Below the pieces are notes generated by a model that did no database searches, was not told the DNA's origin, and saw only the letters and a list, made by a program, of their open reading frames with translations. From positions 2,764 through 66,763 of the forward strand of contig MFUV01000005.1 in the NCBI GenBank assembly GCA_001787005.1: 64,000 nucleotides of DNA. The letters are read 5' to 3'. This stretch comes from Candidatus Nomurabacteria bacterium RIFCSPLOWO2_01_FULL_39_18. GTDB lineage: Bacteria > Patescibacteriota > Minisyncoccia > Phycocordibacterales > UBA9973. Positions 27,870 through 38,313 of this stretch are shown in pieces. Positions within the stretch are counted from its first letter, which is position 1. Each line of letters begins with the position of its first letter. Position numbers and translations under genes: made by a program.

Positions 27870-29606
27870 ATGAAACCAATTTGTCAAAATTGCAAAGGTA
27901 AATTTACTATTGAACCAGATGATTTTGGTTTTTACGAAAAAATGAAGGTTCCGACGCCAACATTCTGTCTAGAATGCAGATTTGCTCGACGCATGTCCTG
28001 GAGAAATGAACGTTCATTATATAAAAGGAAATGTGATGCTACGGGAATCGATATAATTTCTATTTTCTCGCCTAATTCGGAGTATAAAGCATATGAAGAA
28101 AAATATTGGTGGAGTGATAATTGGAATCCACTTGATTATGGTATTGAATATGATTTTTCCAAATCATTTTTCGAGCAATATCAAGAATTATTAAAGCGGG
28201 TGCCGCATTTGGCTTTATTTAACATGTTGCATGTCAACAGTGAGTATTGCAACTATGCTTCCCACAACAAAGATTGTTATCTATTTACTGGTGGTGGGTG
28301 GAATGAAAAATTATCATATGTAAATCGCTCCACAAACTCAAGAGACTCAGTTGATTGCTACATCATCGAAAAAGATGAATTTTGCTACGATTGTTTATAT
28401 TGTTATGGATGTTACAAGCTTGCGCATTCCAATAACTGTGAAAATTGTTTGGAAAGTGCCTTCTTGTACAATTGCCGAAATTGCAGTTATTGTTTTGGCT
28501 GTACAAACCTTGTCAGTAAATCATATTGTATATGGAATAAGCAGTATTCTAAAGAGGAATATGAAGTGAAAATATCGGAAATGAACCTTGGAAGTTTTAA
28601 AGCCTTAGAAAAGTTGCGTAAAACTTTTGAAGAAGTTTATCTGAAATCAATACATAAATATGCGGATCTTATTAATTGTAAAAACGTGACAGGAAATCAC
28701 GTTCGTAATGCAAGAAACTGCACTCATTGTTTTGATTTTGGAGGAGACAATACTGAGAATTGTCATTACGCCACTTGGAGTGGATTCGGGGCCAAAGACT
28801 TGTTTGATGTCGGACCAGGTTCTGGATGGGTTTCTGAACTTGTCTATGAGTGTGTGGATACTATCGATGCTTCTAATTTATTGGGTTGTATGACCATACA
28901 TAATTCAAATAATATTTCTTATAGTATAAATTGCCATAGTTCTAGTAATCTTTTTGGTTGTTGCGGAGTAAAGAAAAAATCCTATTGTATTTTAAATAAA
29001 CAATATACCAAAGAACAGTATGAAGAACTGGTCCCCAAAATTATAAAACATATGGGAGATATGCCGTATATAGATAATAATAAAAAAGTATATAAATATG
29101 GAGAATTTTTACCAAGCAATTTATCATTCTTCGCCTACAATGAAACTATTGCTCAAGAATATTTCCCCTTAGCCGAAAAAGAGGCTGAAAAACAAGGCTA
29201 TAAATGGAAAAATCGGGAAGAAAGAAACCATTCTATAGACATTAAAAACGAAAATATTCCAGACAATATAAAAGACATGAGAGAAGATATTGTTGGCAAA
29301 GTCATCGAGTGCGCACATCGGGGAACTTGTAACGAACAATGCACAGAAGCCTTTAAAATTATTTCCTCGGAACTTCAATTTTATAAAAAAATGAACTTGC
29401 CAATACCACATCTATGCCCCAACTGTAGACATTATCAAAGATTAAAGAAAAGAAACCCATTAAAACTTTGGCATAGAATATGTATGTGCGAGAAAAAAAA
29501 TCATACACATAAAGGGAAATGCCCCGTAGAGTTTGAGACTAGTTATGCACCCGAACGCCCTGAAATTATTTATTGCGAGCAGTGTTACCAACAAGAAGTT
29601 TATTGA
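27870..29606 (+). CDS. Cys-rich zinc-ribbon protein, paralog A of a two-member family (unknown function)
   Basis: 578 aa with more than 40 Cys. N-terminal ribbon CQNCKGKFTIEPDDFGFYEKMKVPTPTFCLECRF. Central tandem CxxC arrays. C-terminal block LQFYKKMNLPIPHLCPNCRHYQRLKKRNP...YCEQCYQQEVY, shared nearly verbatim with the 56367..58121 ORF. Confidence 0.6.
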   Translation: MKPICQNCKGKFTIEPDDFGFYEKMKVPTPTFCLECRFARRMSWRNERSLYKRKCDATGIDIISIFSPNSEYKAYEEKYWWSDNWNPLDYGIEYDFSKSFFEQYQELLKRVPHLALFNMLHVNSEYCNYASHNKDCYLFTGGGWNEKLSYVNRSTNSRDSVDCYIIEKDEFCYDCLYCYGCYKLAHSNNCENCLESAFLYNCRNCSYCFGCTNLVSKSYCIWNKQYSKEEYEVKISEMNLGSFKALEKLRKTFEEVYLKSIHKYADLINCKNVTGNHVRNARNCTHCFDFGGDNTENCHYATWSGFGAKDLFDVGPGSGWVSELVYECVDTIDASNLLGCMTIHNSNNISYSINCHSSSNLFGCCGVKKKSYCILNKQYTKEQYEELVPKIIKHMGDMPYIDNNKKVYKYGEFLPSNLSFFAYNETIAQEYFPLAEKEAEKQGYKWKNREERNHSIDIKNENIPDNIKDMREDIVGKVIECAHRGTCNEQCTEAFKIISSELQFYKKMNLPIPHLCPNCRHYQRLKKRNPLKLWHRICMCEKKNHTHKGKCPVEFETSYAPERPEIIYCEQCYQQEVY

Positions 29607-29612
29607 AATAAA

Positions 29613-29822
29613 TTATTTAACGGGATCAATGTGATTTTTCTGCCATGGGTGGCAACGCAAGATCCGAAAAAATCCTAGACGAATTCCGTGAACTACCCCA
29701 TATTTTTCTATAGCTTGTTTTGTATATTCTGAACAAGACGGATAAAAAACACATTTGTTTGGAAGGGACAGAAATTTTTGGTAAAAATTAATTAATTTTA
29801 TTGAGTATGTTTTTAATTTCAT
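29613..29822 (-). CDS. yidD: Membrane protein insertion efficiency factor YidD
   Basis: [33 protein letters not shown]. The start is taken as the MKLKTY Met; the longer track ORF overlaps rnpA. Confidence 0.8.
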   Translation of the reverse strand: MKLKTYSIKLINFYQKFLSLPNKCVFYPSCSEYTKQAIEKYGVVHGIRLGFFRILRCHPWQKNHIDPVK

Positions 29823-30114
29823 TTTCAATTGTCGGAACATCCTGCTGGTTCTTTTTAAAAAGAAAAACACCGATTAGGCCACGGGGGAAGCTTCTAATAT
29901 GTTTCCGGAGCGCGTCATAGCCCCGGCGTCTGAGAGAATTTCTTAGAACAGCCAGCTTTGCTATGTTTTTAGGCGCGATGAAAGAGATGCGAGGTAAGGT
30001 CGCATCAGTGGTTAGTATAAACTTAAAGCTTAAGTCGGAAGAATTAATAGAATTCCCTTTTTTGAAAAGAAAATCAATATCTCTTTTATCAACTCTATTC
30101 TCTTTGGGAAGCAT
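29788..30114 (-). CDS. rnpA: RNase P protein component
   Basis: 108 aa, basic, [19 protein letters not shown]... Located between rpmH and yidD. Confidence 0.8.
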   Translation of the reverse strand: MLPKENRVDKRDIDFLFKKGNSINSSDLSFKFILTTDATLPRISFIAPKNIAKLAVLRNSLRRRGYDALRKHIRSFPRGLIGVFLFKKNQQDVPTIENEIKNILNKIN

Positions 30115-30126
30115 GTTTAAACAAAG

Positions 30127-30261
30127 TTAAACACTGAGCTTTTTTCTGCCTTTTTGACGTCTTCGTAGCAAAACTTTGGAACCAGTTTTGGTCCTTGATC
30201 TAACCAAGAATCCGTGGGCTCTTGCTCTTTTTCTTTTTTTAGGCTGATATGTGAATGACAT
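30127..30261 (-). CDS. rpmH: 50S ribosomal protein L34
   Basis: [44 protein letters not shown], 44 aa. The track ORF is longer, but its N-terminal extension is upstream non-coding sequence. Confidence 0.9.
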   Translation of the reverse strand: MSFTYQPKKRKRARAHGFLVRSRTKTGSKVLLRRRQKGRKKLSV

Positions 30262-30274
30262 GCAGAAAGTATAT

Positions 30275-30300
30275 AACATTATCCACAGATTATCAACATG
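30275..30300. promoter_or_regulatory. DnaA boxes in the rpmH-dnaA intergenic region (oriC / dnaA promoter region)
   Basis: Perfect TTATCCACA at 30279-30287 and a variant TTATCAACA at 30290-30298, immediately upstream of dnaA. Confidence 0.55.
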
Positions 30301-30354
30301 GTTAATAAGTTTTTGCAAGTATTGCAAATTTGATAAATAGTATAATATGAGACC

Positions 30355-31704
30355 ATGAATACAAAACAACTCTGGGAAAATTGCCTAGCAGAAATCGGGG
30401 CGGGTATATCAAAGGCCAATTTCAGCACTTGGTTCAAAAACACTTCTATTATCAAGGAGGACGCAGGTATTATTTATATTGGAGTGCCGAATGAATTTGT
30501 CCGCGACTGGCTGATGAATAAATATCATAAACTAATCACCAAAACCATAGCTGATGCATATGAAAATATGCGCGCTGTAGAATACGCCATTTCTAAAATA
30601 GAAAACAAAAAGCAAGAAATACTAACGGCAAGCGAAACCGAGCTTTATGTAAACAAAGAGCTACCCTTAAAAGATCTTTATATAAATCCAGAAGATAATT
30701 TAAACCCACGTTATCATTTTAATTCTTTTATCGTTGGAACCTTCAATGAGTTAGCATATGCTGCATCTCAGGCAATCATTGATAACCCAGGCACCAAGTA
30801 TAATCCCTTTTTTGTTTATGGGGGCACGGGCTTAGGTAAAACTCATTTAATCCAAGCGGTGGGGAATACAATAAAAGAAAAGTACCCAAATAAAAAGATG
30901 CATTACATGACCCTGGAAAAATTCGCCACTGACTTTGTGAATTCATTGCAGAGTAATAAAGCAAACTCTTTTAAAGAAAAGTATAGAAAGTATGATCTTC
31001 TAATCATCGATGATATTCAGTTCATTGGGAAAATGGAAAAAATTCAAGAAGAGCTCTTCCATACATTCAATACTTTTCATGAAAATAACAAACAAATCAT
31101 ATTTTCTTCGGATAAGCACCCTAACTATATACCAGAATTGGCTGAACGTTTAAAATCCCGTTTTGCCGCCGGTATGATAGTGGATATTTCTGAACCCGAA
31201 TATGAGTCCCGTCTGGCAATCTTGAAAGTAAAATTAAGAGAGCAAAACATTGATTTAGACCAAGAAATTATAGAGTATGTGGCAAGTGCGGTGGAGGGGA
31301 ATATTCGTGAACTAGAAGGGAGTTTAAATATTATTGTTTGCCAATATCGTTTGAAAAATAGGTCTTTAACACTAATGGAAGTTAAAAGTTTGTTAAAGAA
31401 CAGCATGAAGCCCAAGAAAAATATCGCGATAAAAGACGTTGTCAAACTGGTAAGTGAACATTATCAGCTAGAGGAAGCTTCTATTTATGAAAAAACCAGA
31501 AAAAAAGAGATCGTGAAGGCACGACAAATAGTGATGTATCTCTTACGAGAAGATTTCAATGTATCCTACCCACTAATTGGGCAAAAGTTGGGGGGAAAAG
31601 ATCACACAACAGTCATTCATTCTTGTTTAAAGATTAAAACTGACTTGAAAAACGACCCACAACTTCTGCAAGAATTGGAACAAATAAGAATTATGTTCAA
31701 ATAG
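30355..31704 (+). CDS. dnaA: Chromosomal replication initiator DnaA
   Basis: Walker [20 protein letters not shown], and C-terminal DNA-binding helix [13 protein letters not shown]. Confidence 0.95.
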   Translation: MNTKQLWENCLAEIGAGISKANFSTWFKNTSIIKEDAGIIYIGVPNEFVRDWLMNKYHKLITKTIADAYENMRAVEYAISKIENKKQEILTASETELYVNKELPLKDLYINPEDNLNPRYHFNSFIVGTFNELAYAASQAIIDNPGTKYNPFFVYGGTGLGKTHLIQAVGNTIKEKYPNKKMHYMTLEKFATDFVNSLQSNKANSFKEKYRKYDLLIIDDIQFIGKMEKIQEELFHTFNTFHENNKQIIFSSDKHPNYIPELAERLKSRFAAGMIVDISEPEYESRLAILKVKLREQNIDLDQEIIEYVASAVEGNIRELEGSLNIIVCQYRLKNRSLTLMEVKSLLKNSMKPKKNIAIKDVVKLVSEHYQLEEASIYEKTRKKEIVKARQIVMYLLREDFNVSYPLIGQKLGGKDHTTVIHSCLKIKTDLKNDPQLLQELEQIRIMFK

Positions 31705-31844
31705 TTAAAAGTTATGAATAATTATTAGACCTAAATTAAAAATAAACTAATAGAAACAGTCATATAAAACAATACAAAACCAACTTATCCACTTATTAAC
31801 ACACATATTAGTACTAATAAATTAAATATACAAAATATAAACAT
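31705..31844. promoter_or_regulatory. AT-rich dnaA-dnaN intergenic region with DnaA-box-like TTATCCACT; candidate oriC/DUE
   Basis: 140-nt, almost pure A/T spacer. One-mismatch DnaA box at about 31777-31785. Typical position for a bacterial origin. Confidence 0.45.
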
Positions 31845-32942
31845 ATGAAACTAGAATGCCAGGTTGAAAAGATAAAAAATGGAATTTTACAAGTTGAAAA
31901 AATTACTGGTAAAAATTTAACTTTGCCAATTTTAAATTCAATTCTTTTGGTTGCGTCATCTAAATCTTTAAAACTTAGGTCTACAAACCTTAGTCTTGGG
32001 ATTGAGATAGAAATCCCAGCAAAAGTAGAAAAAGAAGGAATTGTTGCTGTGTCTGGATCGGTATTAGGGGGTATTTTTTCTAATGTTTTTCAAAACGAGA
32101 GTGTTTCTCTTGAGGATTTTGGTGGGAATCTGTTAATAAAAACAAAAAAAAGCCAAATAAAACTAAAATGTCAACCACACGAAGATTTCCCCACAATACC
32201 CAAAGTTGCTGGAACAATTTTTGAGATAGAATCAAAAAAATTAACAGACGGAATAAAATCTGTGTATTACAGCTCCTCTCCATCTGATATAAAACCCGAA
32301 ATTTCAAGCGTTTTTATTTATTCAGTAGAAGATAATTTGATTTTTGTTTCGACCGACTCTTTTAGGCTGGCTGAAAAGAGAGTAAAAATAAAAAGACTTG
32401 AGGAGATAAGTGGCATTCTTATCCCATTTAAAAACGTTTCTGAGATATTGAGAATTTTTGGGGAATTAACTGGTACCGTAGAAGTTTGTTTTAATAAAAA
32501 CTTAATTTCCTTTTCAACAGGAGATATTTATTTGACTTCACGGGTGATTGATGGAATTTTCCCTGATTATCGCCAGATTATTCCTAAAGATTCAGAAACC
32601 AATGCGGTGGTTCTCAAGCAAGATTTATTAAACGCGCTTAAACTTTCAAATATTTTTTCAGACAAACTTAACCAAGTCAACCTTAAAATTTTGCCGAAAG
32701 AGAAAATTTTTGAATTGTCTTCTGCCAATAATGATGTGGGCGAGAATAAAACATATTTAGATGCTGCCCTGGAGGGGGAGAGTGTCTTGCTTGGTTTTAA
32801 TTATAAATATTTTTTAGATTGTTTACAATCAATCAATACTGACAGTGTGTCTATAAAACTCTCTGGAGCGACACGGCCCATAGTTATATCTCCCGTGAGT
32901 GATTCATCATTTACTTATCTTATAATGCCAATGAATAGGTAA
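31845..32942 (+). CDS. dnaN: DNA polymerase III beta subunit (sliding clamp)
   Basis: 365 aa directly downstream of dnaA with a three-domain beta-clamp layout (..RPIVISPVSD..YLIMPM C-terminus). Confidence 0.9.
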   Translation: MKLECQVEKIKNGILQVEKITGKNLTLPILNSILLVASSKSLKLRSTNLSLGIEIEIPAKVEKEGIVAVSGSVLGGIFSNVFQNESVSLEDFGGNLLIKTKKSQIKLKCQPHEDFPTIPKVAGTIFEIESKKLTDGIKSVYYSSSPSDIKPEISSVFIYSVEDNLIFVSTDSFRLAEKRVKIKRLEEISGILIPFKNVSEILRIFGELTGTVEVCFNKNLISFSTGDIYLTSRVIDGIFPDYRQIIPKDSETNAVVLKQDLLNALKLSNIFSDKLNQVNLKILPKEKIFELSSANNDVGENKTYLDAALEGESVLLGFNYKYFLDCLQSINTDSVSIKLSGATRPIVISPVSDSSFTYLIMPMNR

Positions 32943-32952
32943 CTGGGGGGAG

Positions 32953-35472
32953 CTAATAGTCCACTTCAAAGGCCGAAGTCGTTTCTCCGCGGTTAAAGAC
33001 ATTATCATAGAAGATTATCTTCAACTCATTATTTTTTTGTAAGTTTTCCAGCTCTTTAGGGATGAAAGAGAATGAAAAGGGGGCTTCCAAAGTTTCTAGA
33101 AAAACATCATTTACAAAAACATCAACTCTCTCCAACGGGAAACGCCCTGAACTTGAAATCTCCAGCTGTATCTTCTGGTCAGGCAAATAAGTTTTTGTTC
33201 CACTAGGTTCAATAATAAAGACTTCAGGCTTTGATTGATCGGTATGCACATCGTCCACTCTGTTTGGCTTATCATTCCAAGTGGTTATTGGGTACCTTCC
33301 TTTATTTTGTGCCCACCAGTTTTGTACAGGAATTTCCCAATGGCTGAATTGCTGGTTTCCAGATGGATTTTGAGGTGGTGGCCCCAAGATGTCATTCCTA
33401 TCCACCCAAAAAAGGATCGAGTGCACATTTGTTACCACTTTTTCTTCCATGGTTTCTTTTGGGGTAAACTCTCCAGCTAGTTTCCCGGATATTTTATCTT
33501 TAAAGAAATTTTCATTACCTTGCCAGAAACCTCGCAATATTGGCTTTATTGTTTGCGGGTCAGTTTCCAGATTTGGTTCCTCAAATTTTTCATTAGGCAG
33601 AACTTTTAAAGTCTCACTTATATATTTATTCCAGATCGGCCCCGCCAGAGCTACCCCGCCTTTTTTCATTGCTTTATTATCATTATTACCCGCCCAGACA
33701 CCCACCACGATCGAAGGGGTATAACCTATCGTCCAGGCATCCTTATTATTATTTGTTGTTCCGGTTTTTACAGCTACGTCCTTTCCAGGAACAAAAAGAG
33801 CCGAATGCGCCCCAAAAGTTGGAATGCGAGATTTTTCATCCGAAAGAATGTCTGAAATAATCAAAGCAGTGTTTTTCGGCAAAACTTCCCATGAATTTGG
33901 CTTAAATTCTTCTAAAATGTTTCCGTTCAAATCTTCAATTTTTAAAATTCCAGTGTAGGGACTTCTCATCCCATCATTTGCAAAGACTCCATACGAAGAT
34001 GTCATGTCGAGAAGGGATACTTCTCCACCTCCGATAACAAGGGTCAAGCCATACCTGCCGACATCAGTTAAAGTTTTAATACCCATATCTTCTGCTGTTT
34101 TTAAAGAATCAGATAGCCCGGCTAAATAGAAAAGTTTTACAGCAGGGATGTTGATTGATTGCGCTAGGGCGTTTCTTAAGCTGACGGGGCCTCGAAATTT
34201 CCCGTCATAATTGTCAGGCTTGTAACAATCTTTTTGATTGTGACCGGGCAATGCTCTGCCATAAGCGTCACAGGTAGTCTGAAATTCCGTGGACAGATCA
34301 AAGAGCACTGTGTCGGGAGTAAAGCCCTTGTTAAAGGCTGTGGCGTAGATAAAAGGCTTAAAAGAAGATCCTGGTTGTCTCACCGCTGTCGCGATATTGA
34401 AATTGCCATCAATTGTTTTGTCGAAATAATCTCTTGAACCGATCATCGTTAGAATTTGTCCTGTTTTGGGATCGATTGCCACCAATCCAGCATTTGATCC
34501 ACCCCAATCTTTTTCATTTTGCGATGCTCCCTCCTTCACTATTTGTTCTCCCTTTTCTTGTAAATTATAATCAAGCGTTGTTGTAACTTTTAGCCCGCCC
34601 TTTTCCACCATATCACTTCCATATTTTTCTTCAAGATAATCTTTAATGAAAAAAATAAAGTGTGGAGCTTTAATCCCCGTAGTATTCTGTGGAGCAAAGA
34701 CCACGGTCTCTTTTTTGGCTGTGTTATATTCTTCCTCGCTAATAAAATTAAGCTCCAACATTCGAGAGAGCACTAAATTTTTTCTTTCTTCTAATTTATT
34801 TCTATTTTTACCATAAGGCGAGAGGAAAGTTGGGGATTGCGGGATTGATGCTAAATAAGAAGCTTCGGCCAGAGTCAGATCAAGCGCTTTTTTATTGAAA
34901 TAAGTTTTGCTTGCTTCTTCGATTCCATAAACATTCCCGCCGTAGGGGGCTTCATTTAAATAGTATTCCAAGATTTTTTCTTTCGACATGGAATTATCTA
35001 TTTTAATTGCCAAAACCCATTCCTTTATTTTTCTAGTATAAGTCTTCTTTTGTGTTAAGAGCGTGTTTTTTACTAACTGCTGGGTTATAGTCGAACCGCC
35101 TTGAGTACGGCCAGTGCCAAAAAGATTGGACAACACGGCACGAATAATAGAAGTGATTCTTATTCCGCTATGATTGTAAAATTCAGAATCTTCAATGGCA
35201 ACAGTTGCGTTTTTAATGTTTGCGCCCATGTTTCCAAAGGCAATGTCAGTTCTTTTCGTGTCTCTATGCACATCATAGAGCAAGATTTCTCCCGTACGAT
35301 CATAAATTCTGATAGAATTTTCAACCTTCCTATCTTCAAAGGAATGGAAATCCGGTATCTGGAAAGAAGATATCCAGAGCATCCCTGTTCCAGCCATAAG
35401 TATAGAAATACTTATACAAAACAGGATTAAATTCTTCCGAAAACTTTTATTTATTCTAGGCTTCTCTATCAT
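32953..35472 (-). CDS. Bifunctional penicillin-binding protein 1A (GT51 transglycosylase + transpeptidase)
   Basis: N-terminal TM segment. GT51 motifs AIEDSEFYNHSGI and TITQQLVKN. Transpeptidase motifs SSFKP, SIN and KTGTT. 839 aa. Confidence 0.9.
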   Translation of the reverse strand: MIEKPRINKSFRKNLILFCISISILMAGTGMLWISSFQIPDFHSFEDRKVENSIRIYDRTGEILLYDVHRDTKRTDIAFGNMGANIKNATVAIEDSEFYNHSGIRITSIIRAVLSNLFGTGRTQGGSTITQQLVKNTLLTQKKTYTRKIKEWVLAIKIDNSMSKEKILEYYLNEAPYGGNVYGIEEASKTYFNKKALDLTLAEASYLASIPQSPTFLSPYGKNRNKLEERKNLVLSRMLELNFISEEEYNTAKKETVVFAPQNTTGIKAPHFIFFIKDYLEEKYGSDMVEKGGLKVTTTLDYNLQEKGEQIVKEGASQNEKDWGGSNAGLVAIDPKTGQILTMIGSRDYFDKTIDGNFNIATAVRQPGSSFKPFIYATAFNKGFTPDTVLFDLSTEFQTTCDAYGRALPGHNQKDCYKPDNYDGKFRGPVSLRNALAQSINIPAVKLFYLAGLSDSLKTAEDMGIKTLTDVGRYGLTLVIGGGEVSLLDMTSSYGVFANDGMRSPYTGILKIEDLNGNILEEFKPNSWEVLPKNTALIISDILSDEKSRIPTFGAHSALFVPGKDVAVKTGTTNNNKDAWTIGYTPSIVVGVWAGNNDNKAMKKGGVALAGPIWNKYISETLKVLPNEKFEEPNLETDPQTIKPILRGFWQGNENFFKDKISGKLAGEFTPKETMEEKVVTNVHSILFWVDRNDILGPPPQNPSGNQQFSHWEIPVQNWWAQNKGRYPITTWNDKPNRVDDVHTDQSKPEVFIIEPSGTKTYLPDQKIQLEISSSGRFPLERVDVFVNDVFLETLEAPFSFSFIPKELENLQKNNELKIIFYDNVFNRGETTSAFEVDY

Positions 35473-35546
35473 TGATAGATTATAACAGAAAATAGCCTGT
35501 CCCGTAGGAATTTTGAAAATTTCCTTTAAGATGTTATTATTCGAAT

Positions 35547-36731
35547 GTGAAAGTTATAACCAATAAAGAAAAAATAGATGAACTCTTAACTCGAGGGGTT
35601 GAAAGAATTTATCCATCTCGCGAAAAACTAGAAGAAGTTCTGCTTTCCGGCAAGAAGTTGAAACTCTATCAGGGCTTTGACCCGACAGGAGACAAACTGC
35701 ACCTTGGGCATATGGTGGGTCTAAGGAAATTGGCCGAATGGCAATCATTGGGACACCATGTTATTTTTTTAATTGGTGACTACACTGCGATGATCGGAGA
35801 TCCGTCGGGAAAGTTGTCATCCAGAAAAGTACTTACTCACGAAAAGACCATGGCTAACGCGAAAAATTATAAAGAACAAGCGTCTAAAATCCTTAATTTT
35901 AATGGTGATAACCCAGCCGAAGTGCTTTTTAATGGAGACTGGTTGGGTAAGTTAAGTGCAGTGGAGTTTCTAAGAATTGCTGGGAACTTAACTTATAGTC
36001 AGGTCATTGAACGAGACATGTTTCAAGAGAGGTTAAAACAAGGGCAGGATATAAACACAACTGAATTTTTATATCCAGTTATGCAGGCCTATGACAGTGT
36101 TGTTATGGATGTGGATCTGGAGTTGGGGGGAAGAGATCAAATGTTTAATATGATGATGGGACGCAAGCTCATGCGACAAATTCTTAAGAAAGAAAAGTTT
36201 GTTATGACCACGAAACTTTTAGAAGATAGTCAGGGCGTCAAGATAGGCAAAACTGAAGGCAACGCTATCGCTCTCGATGATAAACCAGAAGATCTGTTTG
36301 GTAAAATAATGGCTTTCCCGGATGAAGTAATCGTTCCTTGCTTTGAGGCTTTAACTACAATACCGATGAGAGAGATTCCAAACAAAAATCCATTGGAAGA
36401 CAAGAAGAGACTTGCATTCGAGATTGTAAAGGATCTAAATAATAAAAAAAATGCGCAAGCCGCACAAGAAAATTGGGAAAATACTTTTCAGAAAAGAGAA
36501 ATTCCCAAAGAAATAAAAGAAATAGAGGTTAAAGATGGCGAATCCTTGAGTGGGATTTTAGTAAAAATAAAAATCCTACCCTCAAAAAGCGAGTGGCGCA
36601 GGCTTGTCTTAAGCAATGCCATTCATGACTTAGCTAAAAATAGAAACATTACGGATGTAAATTTAAAAATAAAAGGAAATTTGATTCTTAAAATAGGTAA
36701 GAAAAAGTTTATCAAGATCAGGACTAAATAA
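35547..36731 (+). CDS. tyrS: Tyrosyl-tRNA synthetase
   Basis: YQGFDPTGDKLHLGHMV (HIGH), KIGKTEGNAIAL (KMSKS-type KFGKT motif), and a C-terminal S4-like domain. Confidence 0.9.
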   Translation: MKVITNKEKIDELLTRGVERIYPSREKLEEVLLSGKKLKLYQGFDPTGDKLHLGHMVGLRKLAEWQSLGHHVIFLIGDYTAMIGDPSGKLSSRKVLTHEKTMANAKNYKEQASKILNFNGDNPAEVLFNGDWLGKLSAVEFLRIAGNLTYSQVIERDMFQERLKQGQDINTTEFLYPVMQAYDSVVMDVDLELGGRDQMFNMMMGRKLMRQILKKEKFVMTTKLLEDSQGVKIGKTEGNAIALDDKPEDLFGKIMAFPDEVIVPCFEALTTIPMREIPNKNPLEDKKRLAFEIVKDLNNKKNAQAAQENWENTFQKREIPKEIKEIEVKDGESLSGILVKIKILPSKSEWRRLVLSNAIHDLAKNRNITDVNLKIKGNLILKIGKKKFIKIRTK

Positions 36732-36740
36732 ATACAAACT

Positions 36741-36768
36741 AAAACACCCCGAGCGGGGTGTTTTAGTT
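36741..36768. terminator. Intrinsic terminator hairpin after tyrS (cacccc-gagc-ggggtg + TTTTA)
   Basis: 6-bp G/C stem with a 4-nt loop followed by a T tract. Could work in both directions. Confidence 0.7.
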
Positions 36769-37052
36769 AGGTGTATCTACTTTCTGGATCATCATCTTCT
36801 GGTTCAAAGCCGGGCATTTCTTCGAGTGGGATATTTGGGTCGAATGACTCTTCATCACCGTCCACCTTAAACCCACTACTTATTTCTTCATCTTCATCGT
36901 AACTCATATAAAATTATTTTTTTCCGCCAGGGGCGGATCCGCCTTGGGCGGAAAATTTTTTAAACGACCAAATTATATTTATTTCCCAATTTCATACTTT
37001 GTAACAAAATATAAATCGCTTGGCAATAGCAAAAAGACCAAAAGTGTGGATA

Positions 37053-37122
37053 ACCCGGTAGTAGAGCTTTGCGATATGCGAAGCATGCATCGAAGATGCG
37101 TCGCAAAGTCTCACTACCGGGT
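37053..37122. repeat. REP-like hairpin element, copy 3
   Basis: acccggtagtagagctttgcga ... tcgcaaagtctcactaccgggt with an inner GCATGC-centred hairpin. Same termini as copies 1 and 2. Confidence 0.5.
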
Positions 37123-37128
37123 AACTCC

Positions 37129-37608
37129 CTATCCTCTCATATGTGCAAAGGCAGTCAAAGCGATCGCGATCGCGTCTAGCTCATCATCTGATGTTTTAAA
37201 TTTATCTACATCAACCAAAATTTTAACCATTTTCATCATTTGTATTTTGTCTGCTCGCCCAAAGCCGGTGGTGGCTATTTTTATTTGCAAAGGAGTTGCT
37301 TCAAAAATGCGAAGTCCTGCCTGGATGGCTTCGTAGATTACCACTCCCCGCGCTTCAGCCACGCGCATCACTGTTTTTTGATTGGTGTTTAAAAATAAAG
37401 TCTCGATTGAAAGAACTTCCGGCTTGTATTTTTTTATTATTTTTCTGACTTCTCGGCCGATTAGATGCAATCTCTCCGCAAAGTCTAGCGAACTCGAAGT
37501 CTTAAAACATTCGGAAAAAATCATACATTCTTTCGCTCCATTTTCTTTCTTTTCTAATACCGAGATTCCCAATCGTTCGAACCCCGGGTCTATTCCTAAA
37601 ATTCGCAT
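37129..37608 (-). CDS. ruvC: Holliday junction resolvase RuvC
   Basis: MRILGIDPGFERLGISVLE... and DDELDAIAIALTAFAHM. Confidence 0.9.
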   Translation of the reverse strand: MRILGIDPGFERLGISVLEKKENGAKECMIFSECFKTSSSLDFAERLHLIGREVRKIIKKYKPEVLSIETLFLNTNQKTVMRVAEARGVVIYEAIQAGLRIFEATPLQIKIATTGFGRADKIQMMKMVKILVDVDKFKTSDDELDAIAIALTAFAHMRG

Positions 37609-37680
37609 AAGTTAAGTTTAACACTTTTTAATTCGTAGACACACCACATTCTCTGATAATTATGTTAAAATTAAATCATT

Positions 37681-38313
37681 GTGAAAAAACTTTTTGCTAT
37701 TTTGCCACTCTTTGGGTCTCTCGGGTTCTTTTTTGGAGCTTACGTATCTTTAGAAACAGCGAAGCTCTCCCCTTGGGCGTATATTAGCGTGGTCATGTTT
37801 GGGCTCTGCGGTCTGGCATTTCTACTCTGGGGGTTCTGGGCGCTTCTAGAGACTAAAGATGAAAGTGTATCCTACCAAGACGGACAAGCACTAAAAAATT
37901 CAGGAATAAAGCTTACAGCCAATATCATTCATCTACAGCAAGTTACCAATGTTAAAATTAATGGCCGCTCGCCCTACATCATTCATGCCAGAGGGACGAA
38001 TCCGACAACTAAAGAAGAACAAATTTTCAAGAGCTTCTGGCTTTGGAGTGATCCGTTTGCAGAGGCTACGATGGGGCGTGAGATTGATGTCTATATTGGT
38101 AAGTACAATCCGCTAAAGTATTATCTAGACGTAGAAAGCATCGGCCTGCCTTCCGAGCAAACAAAAGTTAACAAGATTGTAAGCTTGGCAATAATTATCC
38201 CGATTATCATCCTATTTGCTGGCCTCATTATAGCCCTGGTGATGTATCAGAAAAATAAAAAATATATTAACCTTTTGGAACCTGTTCAAACATCTCTTCA
38301 AGTCTTTCCTTGA
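37681..38313 (+). CDS. Hypothetical membrane protein (GTG start)
   Basis: Two N-terminal TM helices, a soluble domain, and a C-terminal TM helix. 210 aa. Confidence 0.5.
   Translation: MKKLFAILPLFGSLGFFFGAYVSLETAKLSPWAYISVVMFGLCGLAFLLWGFWALLETKDESVSYQDGQALKNSGIKLTANIIHLQQVTNVKINGRSPYIIHARGTNPTTKEEQIFKSFWLWSDPFAEATMGREIDVYIGKYNPLKYYLDVESIGLPSEQTKVNKIVSLAIIIPIIILFAGLIIALVMYQKNKKYINLLEPVQTSLQVFP

Noticed and set aside
36944-37336. 130-aa plus-strand ORF overlapping ruvC
   Set aside because: It is antisense to the well-supported ruvC and begins inside the REP-like hairpin. It has no recognisable domain.
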